A DNA stretch of 64,000 bases, taken from NCBI RefSeq assembly GCF_006345805.1, contig NC_042999.1, positions 12,462,001 to 12,526,000 of the forward strand, given 5' to 3'. The notes under the pieces are model-generated. The model saw only the letters and a list, made by a program, of their open reading frames with translations. It had not been told where the DNA came from and searched no databases. Below are positions 10,401 to 23,429 of the stretch, in pieces. Made by a program: the position numbers and the translations under genes. Numbering within the stretch: position 1 is the first letter of the stretch; every line of letters starts with the position of its first letter. The DNA is from Octopus sinensis (taxonomy: Eukaryota).

Positions 10401-11299
10401 CATCATCATCATCATTTAACATCCACTTTCCATGCTGGCATGGATTGGATGGTTTGACAGGAGCTGCCCGGGCAGAAGACTGCACCAGGTTTATGTGTCT
10501 GTTTTGGCATGGATTTTACGGTTGAATGCCTTTCCTACACCAACCACACTGCAGAGTGAACTGAGTGCTTTGAATGTGGCACTAGCACTGGCAGGATCAC
10601 CAAGTAACTTGCAAGATGAAGATTCTTGAGTGGGAGGGGGTCATTGAAGGAGGTGAACTTGTGGCAGATGATGAAACATTAGAGTGTAACAGAGATACAG
10701 AAATGGGTGTCTTGCTGTAGAGGAGGTACATGGTTACCTGGTGTGGGGGAGAGAGATCTAGACTAAGGCCTGAAACAGGTGTGTCGCTGTAGAAGAGATA
10801 CATGATCACAGGGAGAGAAAGAATGAGAGGGAGAGAGTGCAAACAAAGCAGGAGGGAGATGATGGCGAAGTGCCAGGGCATACTCTCAAGAAACAGGGAT
10901 CAGAATGTAAATGGGATGGTAGAGTAGAGCAAGGGAAAGATGGATGGTGGCAGAGTGTCAGGACATACCCTCAAGGTATGGTGGGGAGGTCAGAATATAA
11001 GTGGTAGGGTACTGCCAAAGGTGCATGAGTAGGGAGTAAAGACTTCACATGAATGCAAAGAGTGTGGGGAAATACAGTGACTAGTAAAATTTGGGTATAT
11101 AGAGAGGGTTGGGGAACAACAGGATAGCAACGATACAGTGAGCAGGGCAGTGAGGACAGGATTGGGGAGCAAGAGTTAAGCATAAGCATAGTGCATGAAA
11201 AAGAGGAAATTTGAAGAAGAGATGTAGTTTGGTTTGTTAGGGTAGGGCATGGGAGAAGTTTTGTTGTTGTTGTTACATGTGCTTCTAGAACTCAGTTTC

Positions 11300-12170
11300 A
11301 CTGAAGTGGGTGGATCTTCTCTAGAAGCTCATATCACCAGACATCTCCTCCATGAGGCCCAACATCCTGAGATTGGTCCTCACCACTACATTCCACATCT
11401 TCCTGGTCTCCCTCTTCCACAGCTGCCATCCGCTTTCAGTGATTGGTACTTCTTTATACAGCTGTCGTCATGTAAATGCATCACATGACCAAACCAATGT
11501 ACTCTTCTCTCTTGTATGCTGCATCTGGTTCCTCCTATGCCCAACTTTTGTCTCAATAAAGTTGCACTTTGTTGTGCATGCACACTGATGTTGCACATCC
11601 AACAGAGCAAACTACCTTCATTTCTTTCCAGTCTACGCATGCCTTCAGCATTCAGAGCCCATATCTCACTACCATGGAGTATAGCTGTTTGCACACAAGC
11701 ATCATACAATCTACCTTTCACTCTGTGAGAGAGTCCTTTTGTTGCCAACAGACATAAAAGCTCTCTGAAATTCCTCCATCCTTTTCTTATTTTAGAAACA
11801 ATATTTTCAGAGCATCCACTCCCATTGCTAATTTGGTCACCTATATCACAAAAACTATCTACAACCTCAAGAGCCTCCTGGGCATTTGAGAGAGTCTAAT
11901 TCCTGTGTGTTCTTAGTGGCTTATTGTTCCTGCACATCTGCTACATATGAAAATGACTTTACCTTTTAATCTACCTATGATTCCACTGCACCTCTTATGT
12001 GTCAATAGCCTACACTGGGTGCAGTGAATGGAATTACTTCCAACTCCTTTCCTATATATTGAGCAGGGCCATTTACTTGACAGGGAGAGAGTCTTATTTG
12101 CTTTCTTGCTGACAACTTTGTTTTTGCTAGGTTAACTTTAAAGTGTGTATACTTACATATATTTAGAAGA
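11300..12170 (-). mobile_element. Decayed RTE LINE fragment (same family)
   Basis: ORF 11386-11748 reads RVKGRLYDACVQTAILHGSEIW...GRGRP. The upstream part reads VNLAKTK...WPCS..RKGVGSNSIHCTQC. Confidence 0.85.
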
Positions 12171-13057
12171 GAAAGTGAACAAATGAATAGAAATAGCACT
12201 TGACACATTATAATAGCTCCTGTATTAAAGTTTTGTGGACATGAAAATAAAATGCTCAGATCTTTTGTGTCCACACACACACATGCATGCAGGCACATGA
12301 GGGAGAGATAGTGAAACTGCATTTAATCCTCATTTCCTTTCTATTAGTCTTTGGTTTCTTTACTTTTCTATCTGCGTATTCCATTGAATCTGATGAACTT
12401 TGAGCTGAAACACTTCAAGATTTAAGTTGCTAAACATTCTTGACAGTAAAAATTTGCCTCCTTCTCCTTGATGTACCTCATTTAATTTTCATCTTCCTGG
12501 ATAGGCTTGTTTGCCTATTTACTCTCTGCCCCAGAACATCTATTCCAAGAATTGCACGTTCTCCAAATAGAAACCATGCTGAACAAATCACAAAGTTCTC
12601 CTAGAGCTACAAACATACTTTCACTTCAGTACTTTTATTATATTATCTCTTATTGAAACAAAACACATTTGTGATGTTAATATCATTTTTAAAGGCCATC
12701 ATTGGAAGCTGAGAATCAAAATTAGATAACAATTTAATTGACTAGGAACTAGTTTTCTTTTCAATGATCTTCACCTCCTACAACTATGATGTTTGATCAA
12801 CTCAATATCAGTGCAGAGGAAAATGATAAAAAAATTCTTTGAAAGTCTGACTGTTGTGTATTCTTACTTCTGAGCTAAATTCTGTAACCATAACTACTAG
12901 TGATGATGATGATGATTTCTTTACTGGCCATAAGGGCCATGACAACAACAACAACCTGGGTCGATTCTAGTATCTCATTGCTAAATAGAACTATTTTTCT
13001 CTAGAAACTGAATAAAAAATTTCAGCTTGTAGCGTGAATGTCTATTTTGCACACATG

Positions 13058-13470
13058 GCTGTGTGGCTTAGAAAGTTGACTCTCAGCCGCATGGTTTTCA
13101 GTTCAGTTCCACTGTGTGACACCTTGGGCAAGTGTCTTCTTCTTGGGCTCCAGGTCAACCAAAGCCTTGTGAGCGGAATTAATAGACAGAAACTGAAAGA
13201 AACTCTTCATATATATGTATGTATGCACGTGTGTGTGTGTGTGACTCCTTGTCATTATGCAATAGTTGCAAATGATTATCACTGCCATACAAACTATTTC
13301 ATTCATTTCAAATATACTGCGAGACCATGTCTGGCCACAGAGAAATACTACCTTGTTTGGAAACTGGTGAACATTGGCAACTGGAAGGGCATCTGGTCAT
13401 CGAAAATCTGCCTCAATAAACTCCATGTAACCCATTCAAGCATGGAAAAGTGGATGTTAAAATGAGGATG
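13058..13470 (+). mobile_element. tRNA-derived SINE with RTE-like (GAT)n tail
   Basis: TGGCTGTGTGG head, GTTCAGTTCC B-box-like motif, and a 3' end of GCATGGAAAAGTGGATGTTAAAATGAGGATGATGAT. Confidence 0.7.
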
Positions 13471-13551
13471 ATGATTTTGCAAATGAAGGCTTCACAAAAA
13501 ATAAAGAGAAAATGTGATCATAGAAATGTATTTAAAAAAAATATCACTTAC

Positions 13552-13611
13552 GGACTTAGAATAGCACCAATTGATAATCCAAAACGGCTGAACAATGCTT
13601 GAGGGATGATT
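13552..13611 (-). CDS. CNNM: CNNM/DUF21 metal transporter-like gene, internal 60-bp exon
   Basis: Acceptor ttctattattttaag|A and donor CC|gtaagt. It translates as (E)IIPQALFSRFGLSIGAILSP, continuing in phase 2 from the exon ending IFGE at 18978. GEIIPQ is the conserved DUF21 motif. Confidence 0.88.
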
Positions 13612-14524
13612 CTTAAAATAATAGAAAATAGGTTTTCAGTAAATATCCATATATGTATGTACATACATGTAAAAATGTGTAGCATTGGCTACTAAGATAC
13701 TAAACATCGTAATTAAACTGAAACAGAAGACAATAATAGTTGTTAAAACAGGTACTAAAGTAAGAACATGTATGTTTTTGATGCTTTAATATGAACACAC
13801 ATACAGATGCAGGCCACATTCTACAATTTACCTGTAAGATGAATCAACAGCAACTTTGTTTTAGGTAATGTAGCTAACTAGTGCTGAAAATATCCTTCTT
13901 ATTACATCAAATAAAGTAACAGATCCAAGAAAATTAGTGGATGCTAAGGAGTCATTTGGGAATTGAATGAGATTATGAAGCAAATCTTATAAGAAATATC
14001 TGTCTAAATAAGACTGTTTCTGAGCAGCTTGAAAAGAGCCACAATAACACCCTGTTAGGGATGCACCTATAAGAGGGCCTCAGTAACGCAATTGGCAGCA
14101 CACCAAAGCTATAATCAAATAACCTTAAAAGCAATGTCATCACAACCACAACCACCATGCTCCCATAATCATCATCACAACCACAACGATCACACTTCCA
14201 TAATTATCATCACCACCACGGCATGGGTTGGACAGTTGACAGGGTCTGGTGGCTATAGTTTAAAAAAAAAAAGTGGAAAGCGGTATCATAATGAAAGCTA
14301 TTTCCATTATTATTGACACTGAATAGTGTGAAGTTATAAGATGATTTTAAAGTTAAAGAGATGAGCTTACAGAATAAAGAGCTCAATGTCTGTTATCTCT
14401 ATCTGTTATTCCTATCTATCTAGCTTTTTACTTCATTAAGTGAAGTTTCATAATAATAATAACATATATTTACACCTCAATACCACTTTGATGGCATGCG
14501 TTGCTCTCTCACTCAATAATAATA

Positions 14525-14705
14525 ATATGGATAGAGGAAACAGGCATAAAACCCAGCTGCAGCAAACAGTGTTATTAGAGACAGCTAGGATACTTAGGAG
14601 GGTTCTTGGCATGTAAGGTTACTTGCTGTAACCCAATAAGAGGGTTCTTGTTAGGAATCTGTCCTTTTCCAATAGTCTAATCTGTTAAGTGTATATGAAT
14701 AATAA
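14525..14705 (+). mobile_element. Severely 5'-truncated Dong/R4-like non-LTR retrotransposon 3' end
   Basis: WIEETGIKP/QLQQTVLLETARILRRVLGM* resembles the C-terminus of R4/Dong REL-endonuclease proteins (LQK.xLLGTARILRKVL). It is bracketed by (AAT)n. Confidence 0.6.
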
Positions 14706-14739
14706 TTGTTGAATTCACAAACTGTTAAACCTGTTGCAA

Positions 14740-15535
14740 GGCCCAGTCTGAAGAATACATGAAGATAGATTTATCAACAGTTTTGTTCACTGATGAATGC
14801 TGTGCTACTCTTGACTGACCAGATGGCTGGAGTAAAGGTTTGGTATCAATCAGAGGAAACTGGCCTCATAGCTTGAGATGTCAAAAGGGGAGAGGTGGGG
14901 GTTATGTTTTGGGCTGGCATCGTTTGTGGTATGATGGTCGGGCCATGAAAAGTCCCAGATTGCATTAAGATGACATCAAAAACATGTTACCTTCTTAAAG
15001 GACAATTTCCAACCATGGTTCAAAAAGCAAAAACTTTCATTCAAGAGAAAGCTAGTCTTCATGGAAGATAATGCCCTGTCTCATGCAGCAAAGAATTCTA
15101 AGGAACACCTGCAGCAAATAGGCTTCTGTGGAGGTCGTCTGATGGAGTGGCCACCTTGTTCCCTTGACTTAAACCCGATCGAGAACTTGTGGAGTGTCCT
15201 GAAGAGGTGCATTTACCAAGATGGACGGCAGTTTTCAAGTAAAGTTGCTCTCTGGGATGCTGCTCAAAGCATGACACAAGAGGACATCATCACTTTGACA
15301 AATTCAATGGATCAGAGCGTAAGGAAGGTTATTGCATGTGGAGCACCATACATCAAACATTAGGAGAAGTTGACATCATAATCCCATGATTATTTTCATT
15401 CCAACGTATTATTATGTTTACCATTAAGTCCTTTATGAATAATTTTTTTCTGAAACTTTTACTGTTGAATGAAATAAATGTTTGTTCTCACACTATCATT
15501 TTTATTATACTTGCCTAATAATTTGTGACGGTGAA
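14740..15535 (+). mobile_element. Tc1-like transposon of the DD37E (TRT) type, 3' half
   Basis: VLFTDECCATLD.PDGW, GVMFWAGI, VFMEDNALSHAAK and WPPCSLDLNPIENLWSVLKR. Counted by hand, there are 37 residues between the second D and the E. Confidence 0.82.
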
Positions 15536-15786
15536 AATGTTGCCTAATCACAAAAATGGACACCATTTGTTGGTGTCTGCACAGACCAGATGTATTTTAA
15601 CAGAATATGCACAGATAGGTGTTGCCAACAGTCAATGGGAAAACAACTGGTTTTGAACAAATATACATTTATTTATTGAGAAAAGGTTCATTTGCCTATT
15701 AATGTGGAACATAGTGTATATCTGTCTTTGTATTATCCCCTTCATTTATTGCTCTTGTGGATAATAAAATAAATATCATTATTATT

Positions 15787-16015
15787 GGCAGTGAGCTGGC
15801 AGAATCGTTAGCATACCAGGCAAAATGTTTAGTGACATTTTGTCTGTCTTCACGTTCTGAGTTCAAATCCTGCCAAGGTCAACTTTGCCTTTCATCCTTT
15901 CGCAGTCGATAAAATAAGTATCAGTTAAACATTGGGGTTGATGTAATCAACTTACCCTTTCCCCCAAAATTGCTGACCTTGCACCAAAATTTGAAGTTAT
16001 TATAATTATTATTAG
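15787..16015 (+). mobile_element. tRNA-derived SINE with conserved central domain (GCCTTTCATCCTTTC...GTCGATAAAATAAGTA)
   Basis: GAGCTGGCAGAATCG A-box-like head and GAGTTCAAATC B-box. Related copies lie on the minus strand at 20785-21110 and at 48740-48830. Confidence 0.7.
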
Positions 16016-16069
16016 TTGGGCTCTGATTCTCTCCTTAACTTTTATCACTTGATTCAACAATTTGATAAC

Positions 16070-17085
16070 TCTGTAATTATTTCTATCTAAGGCATCACCG
16101 TTACCTTTGTAACAGTTGACTATGGTGCTGCTACACCAGTCATTGGGTATGAATCCTTCATGAACTACCTAATCTACAATAAGGGTGACTAGACCATAAC
16201 CCACACTGCCAGATATTTTAAGCATTTCAGTGGTGATTCCTGGTGGACCAGGGGCTTTCCCTGCCTTCATATCCTTAATTGCTTTATCTACCAAGATATT
16301 ATTGATTCAGGTAGCTGGTCCCTCAATTGGGTCAACATTTGGCAGAAACTCCTCTTCCCATTCATTCTCCACATTCAGCAGTCTTTCCTAACGGCATTTC
16401 CAAGCCTCTTTCTTTGCAGAACCATGAAATGCAAGTGCACCATCATCCATGCGGACACATTTCTCTCCTATGACATCACGATTTTCTCTCACACGCTGTC
16501 TCGCAATCTGAAATACTTCAGTTCTTTGGTCCTCATGTTACTGAACATAGGCAAACTTCTTCTTTTCTACTTCTCCCTTGGCTAGATGTAGCTGTCTCTT
16601 AGCTTCCTTTCTGGCTATCTGATACAGTTCCCTGCTGCACCTACTCTTCCAGTCCCGTTTCTTTGCTCTAATGGCCTTGTCTACTGAAAAGCTCCACCAC
16701 AACATTACCCTAGGTCTGGTTGGGATTTTGCACTACTCATAGATTTGGTCTGTGGCAATTGGAAAACTGTTCCACAGGAATTTCCAGTTGCCCTCTATGT
16801 CACAAGTTTTAGCTCCTCCTTCCTTTCATCAAATTTTTCAATTAGGATGTCTCTAAATCTCTGAGCACATGAAGGGTTCTTAAGTTTCCAGATTGGTCTG
16901 TTTCTTGGCATCCGTCTGACCTGGAGTCTAAAGTCACTAACAACAAGTCTATGTTGGGGGATACATTCATCACTAGGGAGGGTCTTTGTATTTAAGAGCA
17001 ACCATACATCCCGCTGCCTGGTGAAAATTCCATGATCCTCATGTACACCATGGAAAATACCGGACTAAGTCCAACATGCCCAGAA
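16070..17085 (-). mobile_element. Decayed RTE LINE fragment (endonuclease-RT linker)
   Basis: PSDECIPQHRLVVSDF...IWKLKNP, and further on KEAWKCR.ERLLNVENEWEE..TGKAPGPPGI. Collinear with the copy at 21385-22000. Confidence 0.8.
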
Positions 17086-18977
17086 AGTGTAATAATAATA
17101 ATAATAATCATCATACAATTATGTAATAATAACCAAAATCTTTATTAATAGTTTTTTCCTCCCCATTAAATGCTGTTTCAATGAAGCTATATGAAAATTC
17201 AGTTTTATGTAGCTGCTTTTATTTCAAAAGTTGTTTGTTAGATTTGGTTGCAAAATCATAAAGGCATATGGACAACCAAATTGTGACCCACAAATTCAAT
17301 AGGAAGGAGGATATAGTGTCTCTTTATTTCTTGTCCCAGAATTCATTGCTATATGTGTAGGCATCACAGTGTGATCAAGATGTTTGTTTTCCAACCACAT
17401 GTTTCTGGGTTAGGTCCTACTGCATGGCATTTTGGGCAAGTGTCCTCTACTATAGTCCAGGGTTGACCAAAGCACCTTGTATATATACATATATGTGTGT
17501 GCTTGTGTCACCTTCTTTTGACGTTGTGTGGTGCTTTTAAATGAGCATCATTTTTGTACAAACAGTGTTCTTTGTTTCCGATCTTTCAGGAAAACATGTC
17601 AGACCATGGAGAAATATTATCTTGCTTGGAAACAGGTAAAAGTTGGAGAAAGGAAGGACATCCAGCCATAGAAAGTCTGTCTCAACAAATTCCATCTGAC
17701 TTAGGAAAAATAGACATTAAACAATGATGACATCATGTGCTGGTTGTGAACAAGCATCACATCATATAAGCAGTGTTCACTGTTTCTGATCTTCCATGAA
17801 AACATGTTCAACCATAGGAAATAATTACCTCATCTGGAAATGAGTGAGGGCTGGTAATCGGAAGGGCATCTGGCCATAGAAAATATGTCACAGTGTGTTC
17901 CATGCAAGCATGGAAGAGTAGACATTAGAATGATGATGCAGCTGCTGATGAGAAGTGTAATTAAAACTGTATTATACAGAGTTTCTTTCCTGTTTTATAA
18001 TGGCAGAATGTGATCTGAGCAAAATTTAGCTGTTATTTCTAACAGGCTGGATCACCCTATGATGATCTTGGGAAACTTGGTGAATAAACTTCAAGTCCTG
18101 AGAACAGATTTTAATGAAGGAAAATCTGAGATAACCGAGTTAAGAGACAAGGGATTACATAATATGAAATACAAGAAAACTACAATATGAAGAATTAAGG
18201 TTAATCTAGGAAATCTGTAACATGCTGCATCATCATCATTTAACATGTGGTCCATGCCAACATGAGTTGGATAGTTGAGCAGGATCCAATGAAACCCATG
18301 ATTGTGTGGTACTGTAATGTTTGCATTGGCAGGGTTTCTACAGCTGGATACCCTTCCTAATGTCAGAATGAGCCAGGTGCTCTTTTTTCATGACACCAGC
18401 ACTAGTGAGGTCACAAAATAACAAAGAAGACAAAGAAAAGGTACGTTTGATAGAGTGGGGATGTAGTAGAGAGGGAGGTGGCTTTATGTCAGGTGTTGAG
18501 AGGCTAAAGCATGATGGAGAGACAGGAACAAATGTCTTACTGTAAAGAACTATCCCACATCATATGAGAGCGGATAGGATCAGTTGGGAAGAAGACAATG
18601 ATGAGGTGTCAGAGAGTTTATTCTCAAGATACAAGATGGGAATTATCAGAGAGAACACAGACAAAGGACCGTGAAGCAAGTTCCTAAGATTGTGAGAGGA
18701 GAGTGACAGATGATCAGAGATGGGAGGAGAATGAGTATAGTGAATGGAACAAGAGTAGAGGTATGGTCGATGGTACATAGCAGTATAATGGTAGGGAGTG
18801 AAAGAAATGGAGTGGCTCTGGAAAGAAGTGGTGCTAATTGGCAGCAAAGGAAAGGTAGAGAGCAGCAAACAGTATAATAAACCTGCAGATAGATGAGAAA
18901 ATAGTTGAAATGGAAAATAAGTGAATAAATCTTTTTTTCTGTATATGGATAACTTCCATTAAAACATTAATACTCAC

Positions 18978-19236
18978 TCTCCAAAGATAAGGACACCAGT
19001 TGTTGAAGTGATAATTGCAGTTACAGGGTCAGATATATAATTCAAGAAGATGGGCATTGCCTCTACCGCTGCTGAATTTGTCAGCAATAGTGTAACAAGT
19101 AAAAGATGTCGTCTCTTCACTAGAGGAATAATAATGTTAGCATATTTCTGTTCTTTCGGTGTACCTCCAGCCCTTAAAGTCAGTAAATTGAGCATGTCGA
19201 GCGAAAAGTAGCCAATGGTTAGTCCGGACATCATAG
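18978..19236 (-). CDS. CNNM: CNNM/DUF21 metal transporter-like gene, 259-bp exon
   Basis: Acceptor ttcctctttcag|CT and donor GGAGA|gtgagt. It encodes AMMSGLTIGYFSLD...GGTPKEQKYANIIIPLVKRRHLLLVTLLLTNSAAVEAMPIFL...TGVLIFGE, the DUF21 (CNNM) transmembrane domain. Confidence 0.92.
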
Positions 19237-20784
19237 CTGAAAGAGGAATTTTTACAATAATAACTGGTAAGACATATAAGAATAAACATAATAATGATAA
19301 CAACAGTAATTTCTTAATTAGATATGAAGGCAAATATTGGTATTGCAGCGAGACAGAGGTGTTGAGCTATTGCTCCCAAATGGTTACACTTTTTGTTCTG
19401 TAACTTTGAGCAAGATACATAACTTTGCTCGCTTCACTGTACCTGACAGATAAAATATAAGTTTTTAAAAAATGCATAAAACATAGCGTTTAGAAAGTCC
19501 CTCAAGGAAAGAGGATATGTTTGGGATCTGCATGTCTCATGGATTTATGAATGTGTACCTAAAAACAGAAAAAACAAAAAAAAAATCTAGCTACAGTCTA
19601 TGTTGCTAGAACATGGTTAGTGTTACTGGTGTTTCCTCCACTTCAGGCTGTAGGCTTGGGTAAGAGTTGTATGGAAAAGCTGCAATTGTCCTCAAATCAC
19701 ACTACTGATGTTGTCCAGTGAAAGTCAAGATCAAAAGCTGATACAGTTTGACACCACTGTCTTTAGAATGAAGACAATGTTGGATTAATTTAAGAATTCC
19801 AACTCCTGATTTGTAGCAGATTAAAAAAGTCCAAATACTTGAATATTACTTATTTGATATCAACCCCAGAAAAATGGAAGGTCAGATCTGAACTCAGAAT
19901 GTAAAGAGTTGGAAGAAATACTATATGGCATTTTCGTCCAAGGTTCTTACAATTCTGTTATTGACTACTTAAGGAAAGTTGAGAGAAAACAGTGAAAATA
20001 TAAAGGTTTAAAGCAGCAGAGCAAATGATCATAAAATAGCAAACAATCCTGTTTATGATTTTGCTACACAATAACAATTTCTCCTTGTTTGGTAACATAG
20101 ATATCAATAGTAATTGAGGTTAACTGAATGAACTAAACATATTGAAACTGCAAAACTGTTTTCAACTGTTGGGAGACTTCATTCAGTTCTAGTAAGGTAG
20201 AGGTATAACATGGTAACTGATGCTTAAAAGTGAAGCATGAATTCCACATGATTATGCTGCTATCGTCACTGCTGTGATCATTATCGTTGTCATCATCTTA
20301 CATCTGCTTGGAGTTGTTCTAGTGACCCCCCAGTCTACACTGCAAAGTGGTCAAGTGATAAGACATCCTTGCCAAAAGTATGTCATTCACAACAGTAAGG
20401 TCTGGCAGAGTTATCTTTATTTTGTATCAGATAGCAAAGGATCGAGACAGATCCATCAAACCCATAATAGCACGGAAAAACAGGAGGAGGCAACAGCCCT
20501 GGTGGATGTGCACTGATGATTAAACATTTTTGTATACAAAATAAATTTAGAATCTAGATGAGGTACTTTGCAAATTCTTTATTTTTTTAAACTATTGCCT
20601 GTTTTTCTTTTACTATCACACTTTACTGCCACCTTGTTATAATTTCAAAACATTAGATATACCACAAAAATTGCTACTCACAGGTTGATAGTCATTAAAA
20701 GACTTTTTTGCACATGTTATTTCATCAGAACGATATGGAATGTCAAAACAACATTTCAATCACAAATACTGGGTTTCAAATTTT

Positions 20785-21110
20785 GGCACAAGGCCACAAT
20801 TTGGGGGGGAGGGGCTGAGTCAATTACATCAACCCCAGTGTGCAACTGGTACTTATCTTTATTGATCTCAAAAGGATGAAATGAAATGATTTCAAATTCT
20901 GACACAAGGCCTGCAGTTTTGGGTCAGTGGGTAAGTCAATTACATTGACCCCAGGGTTCAAATGGTACTTATTTCATCAACCTCGAAAGGATGAAAGGCA
21001 AAGTTAACCTCAGTGGAATTTGAATTCAGAACAAGATGACAGATGAAATGTTGCTGAGCATTTCGCCCAACGTCTTAATGCTTCTCCCAGCTCCTCACCA
21101 CAATTTTTCA
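20785..21110 (-). mobile_element. Adjacent SINE copies (central-domain family)
   Basis: Reverse complement of the 15787-16015 element, with repeated ACCCCAG...GGTACTTATT...AAAGGATGAAA blocks. Confidence 0.65.
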
Positions 21111-21384
21111 AGCACTAATTATTACTAGATGCTTCATACACACCACCACCATCATCATCATCACTGTTTCAATGTTTACTATTTCCATGTTTGCATGGGT
21201 CAAATAGAATTCATTAAGTTAAATTTTCTGCAGCCTGATGCCTTTCCTGTTACCAATCCTCAACTATTTCTAAGCAAGGTAATATTTTCCCATTGCCAAA
21301 CATGTTTCTAATCCACAACTAGGCACAGGTGTGGCTGTGTGAATAGGTGCAGGTATAGCTTCACACAATGTAGAACACAGCTGG

Positions 21385-23046
21385 AGGTTTCGATGGAACA
21401 ACCTACTGAGGGCCACTGACCAGATCTGTGGATGGTGCAATGTCCGCTTTCGACCCAAAATAATGTGGTGGTGGAACAATGTTGTTGACAGGGCTGTTAG
21501 AGAAAAGAAACAGGCTTGAAGGATGGTGGTAGCAGGGAATTGTATCAGGCTGCCAGAAGGGAAGCTAGGAGACAGGTTTATTTAGCCAGAGGGGAAGCAG
21601 ATAAGAAAAAATTTGCCAATGTTCTGTGCTGTGAGGACCAAAGACTTGAGGTATTTCGTGTTGCAAGACGGTGTGTGATGTCGTAGAAGAGAAATGTGTC
21701 TGCATGGATGATGGTTCACTTGCGCTAAATGAGGATGCAAAGAGAGAGGTTTGGAGATGTCACTATGAAAGGTTGCTGAATAAAGAAAATGAATGGGATA
21801 AAGAGAGTCTGTCAAATGTCGACCCAACTGAGGGACCAGCTATCCAAGTTGACAGTACCTTGGTAGATAAAGCAATTAAGAGTATGAAGACAGGGAAAGC
21901 CCCCAGCCCATCAGGAATCACTGCAGAGATGCTCAAAATATCTGGCAGTATCGGCTATAGCCTAGTCACCCATATAGTTAACAAGGTGATACACGAAGGA
22001 GTCATACCCACTGACTGGTGTAGCAGCATAATAGTCAACTGCTACAAAGGTAAAGGTGACACATTAGATACAAATAACTACAGGGGTATCAAGCTGTTGG
22101 ATCAGGTAATAAAGGTCACATCCCAACTAATTAGAGAAAGAGTCAGTCTAGATGAGATGCAGTTTGGGTTCATGCCAGGGAAAAGCACCACTGATGCTAT
22201 ATTCCTGTTAAGACAGCTGCAGGAGAAATACCTAGCCAAAGATAAACCTCTGCACCTGGCTTTCATTAACATAGAGAAAGCCTTTGACAGGGTCGCCCTG
22301 ATCCCTTATCTGGTGGTCAATGAGGAAACAAGGGATAGATGAATGGTTAGTGAGAGCTGTGCAAGCCATGTACAGGGATGCTGTCAGTAAGGTGAGTGTA
22401 GGCAACAAGTACAGTGAAGAATTCCGAGTAGAGGTAGGGGTCCACCAAGGATCAGACCTCAGCCCCCTCATATAATCCTCCAGGCAATAACAGAGAAATT
22501 CAAGACAGGATGCTCCTGGGAGCTCCTCTACGCTGATGACTTAGCACTAATTGCTGAATCACTATCAGAACTAGAGAAGAAGTTTCAGGTGTGGAAGCAA
22601 GGATTAGAATCGAAGGGCCTAAGAGTCAACCTTGCTAAAACCAAAGTCCTAATAAATAGGAAGGCAGACAAACCACAAATCCCTTCAGGTAGATGGCCCT
22701 GCCCGATCTGTAGAAAAGGCGTAGGTAGAAACTCTATAAGATGTACCCAGTGTAAGCTATGGACACATAAGAGGTGCAGCAATGTCAAAGGAAGGCTAAC
22801 TAAGAAAATAGTTTTTGTCTGTGGCAGATGCTCAGGAGCAATAAACACTGAAAATGTGCAGAGAACAACTTCCACATTCCAGGGAGAAAAACTAGAAGTA
22901 GTTGATAGCTTCTGTTACCTAGGTTACAAAGTCAGTAGCAGGGAAGGGTGTGCTGAAAGTGTAGCTGCTAGAATAAGAATAGCCTGGCAAAGTTCAGAGA
23001 GCTCTTACCTCTGCTAGTGACAAAGGGCCTCTCGCTTAGAGTAAAA
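21385..23046 (+). mobile_element. RTE LINE copy (5'- and 3'-truncated, frameshifted) with PHD-containing RT
   Basis: ORF 21671-22342 reads MKTGKAPSPSGITAEMLK...YRGIKLL...QFGFMPGKSTTDAIF...EKAFDRV. ORF 22589-23017 contains the intact Cys/His cluster. Confidence 0.92.
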
Positions 23047-23283
23047 GTTAGAAAAAAGCCCTGGTTGGTTGCCATTCTGCCAGTGACAATAATGTCATAG
23101 ATGCTGTAGGAAGTTTCTTGGAGTCTCAAACAAAAGAGTTCTTCTACGCTGGGATAATGGCACTTTAGCACCACTGGAGAAAATGTTCATCCATGAAGGG
23201 GGACTATATTGAAAAATAAGTCATCAGAAGTCTTGTACCATGTTTTGTTTTTTTTGAGGCTCAAGACTTTTCATACACCCTAT
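23047..23283 (+). mobile_element. Mariner 3'-terminal fragment
   Basis: KKALVG...NVIDAVGSFLESQTKEFFYAGIMAL*HHWRKC...GDYIEK*, followed by a TIR-like end TCAAGACTTTTCATACACCC. Confidence 0.7.
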
Positions 23284-23429
23284 GTGTGTGTGTGTATATA
23301 TATATATTATTCTTTAACAAGAACATTATTGACAGTAACTTTGAAGTTTTGGCCAGCCAAGCTTTCATCAGGTGCACTCTACCAATTGTACTGAGTAATC
23401 CTTTGCTTTAATGTAAAAAACTACTTCTG

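Noticed and set aside
12440-12610. Candidate next CNNM exon (PMVSIW...)
   Set aside because: It reaches a stop after about 20 codons and lacks the expected P(I/L)SKLLD-like motif.
19237-19333. Hydrophobic N-terminal extension of ORF 18974-19333
   Set aside because: More simply explained as a T-rich intron end upstream of a strong acceptor at 19237-19239. The ORF start is a non-ATG codon.
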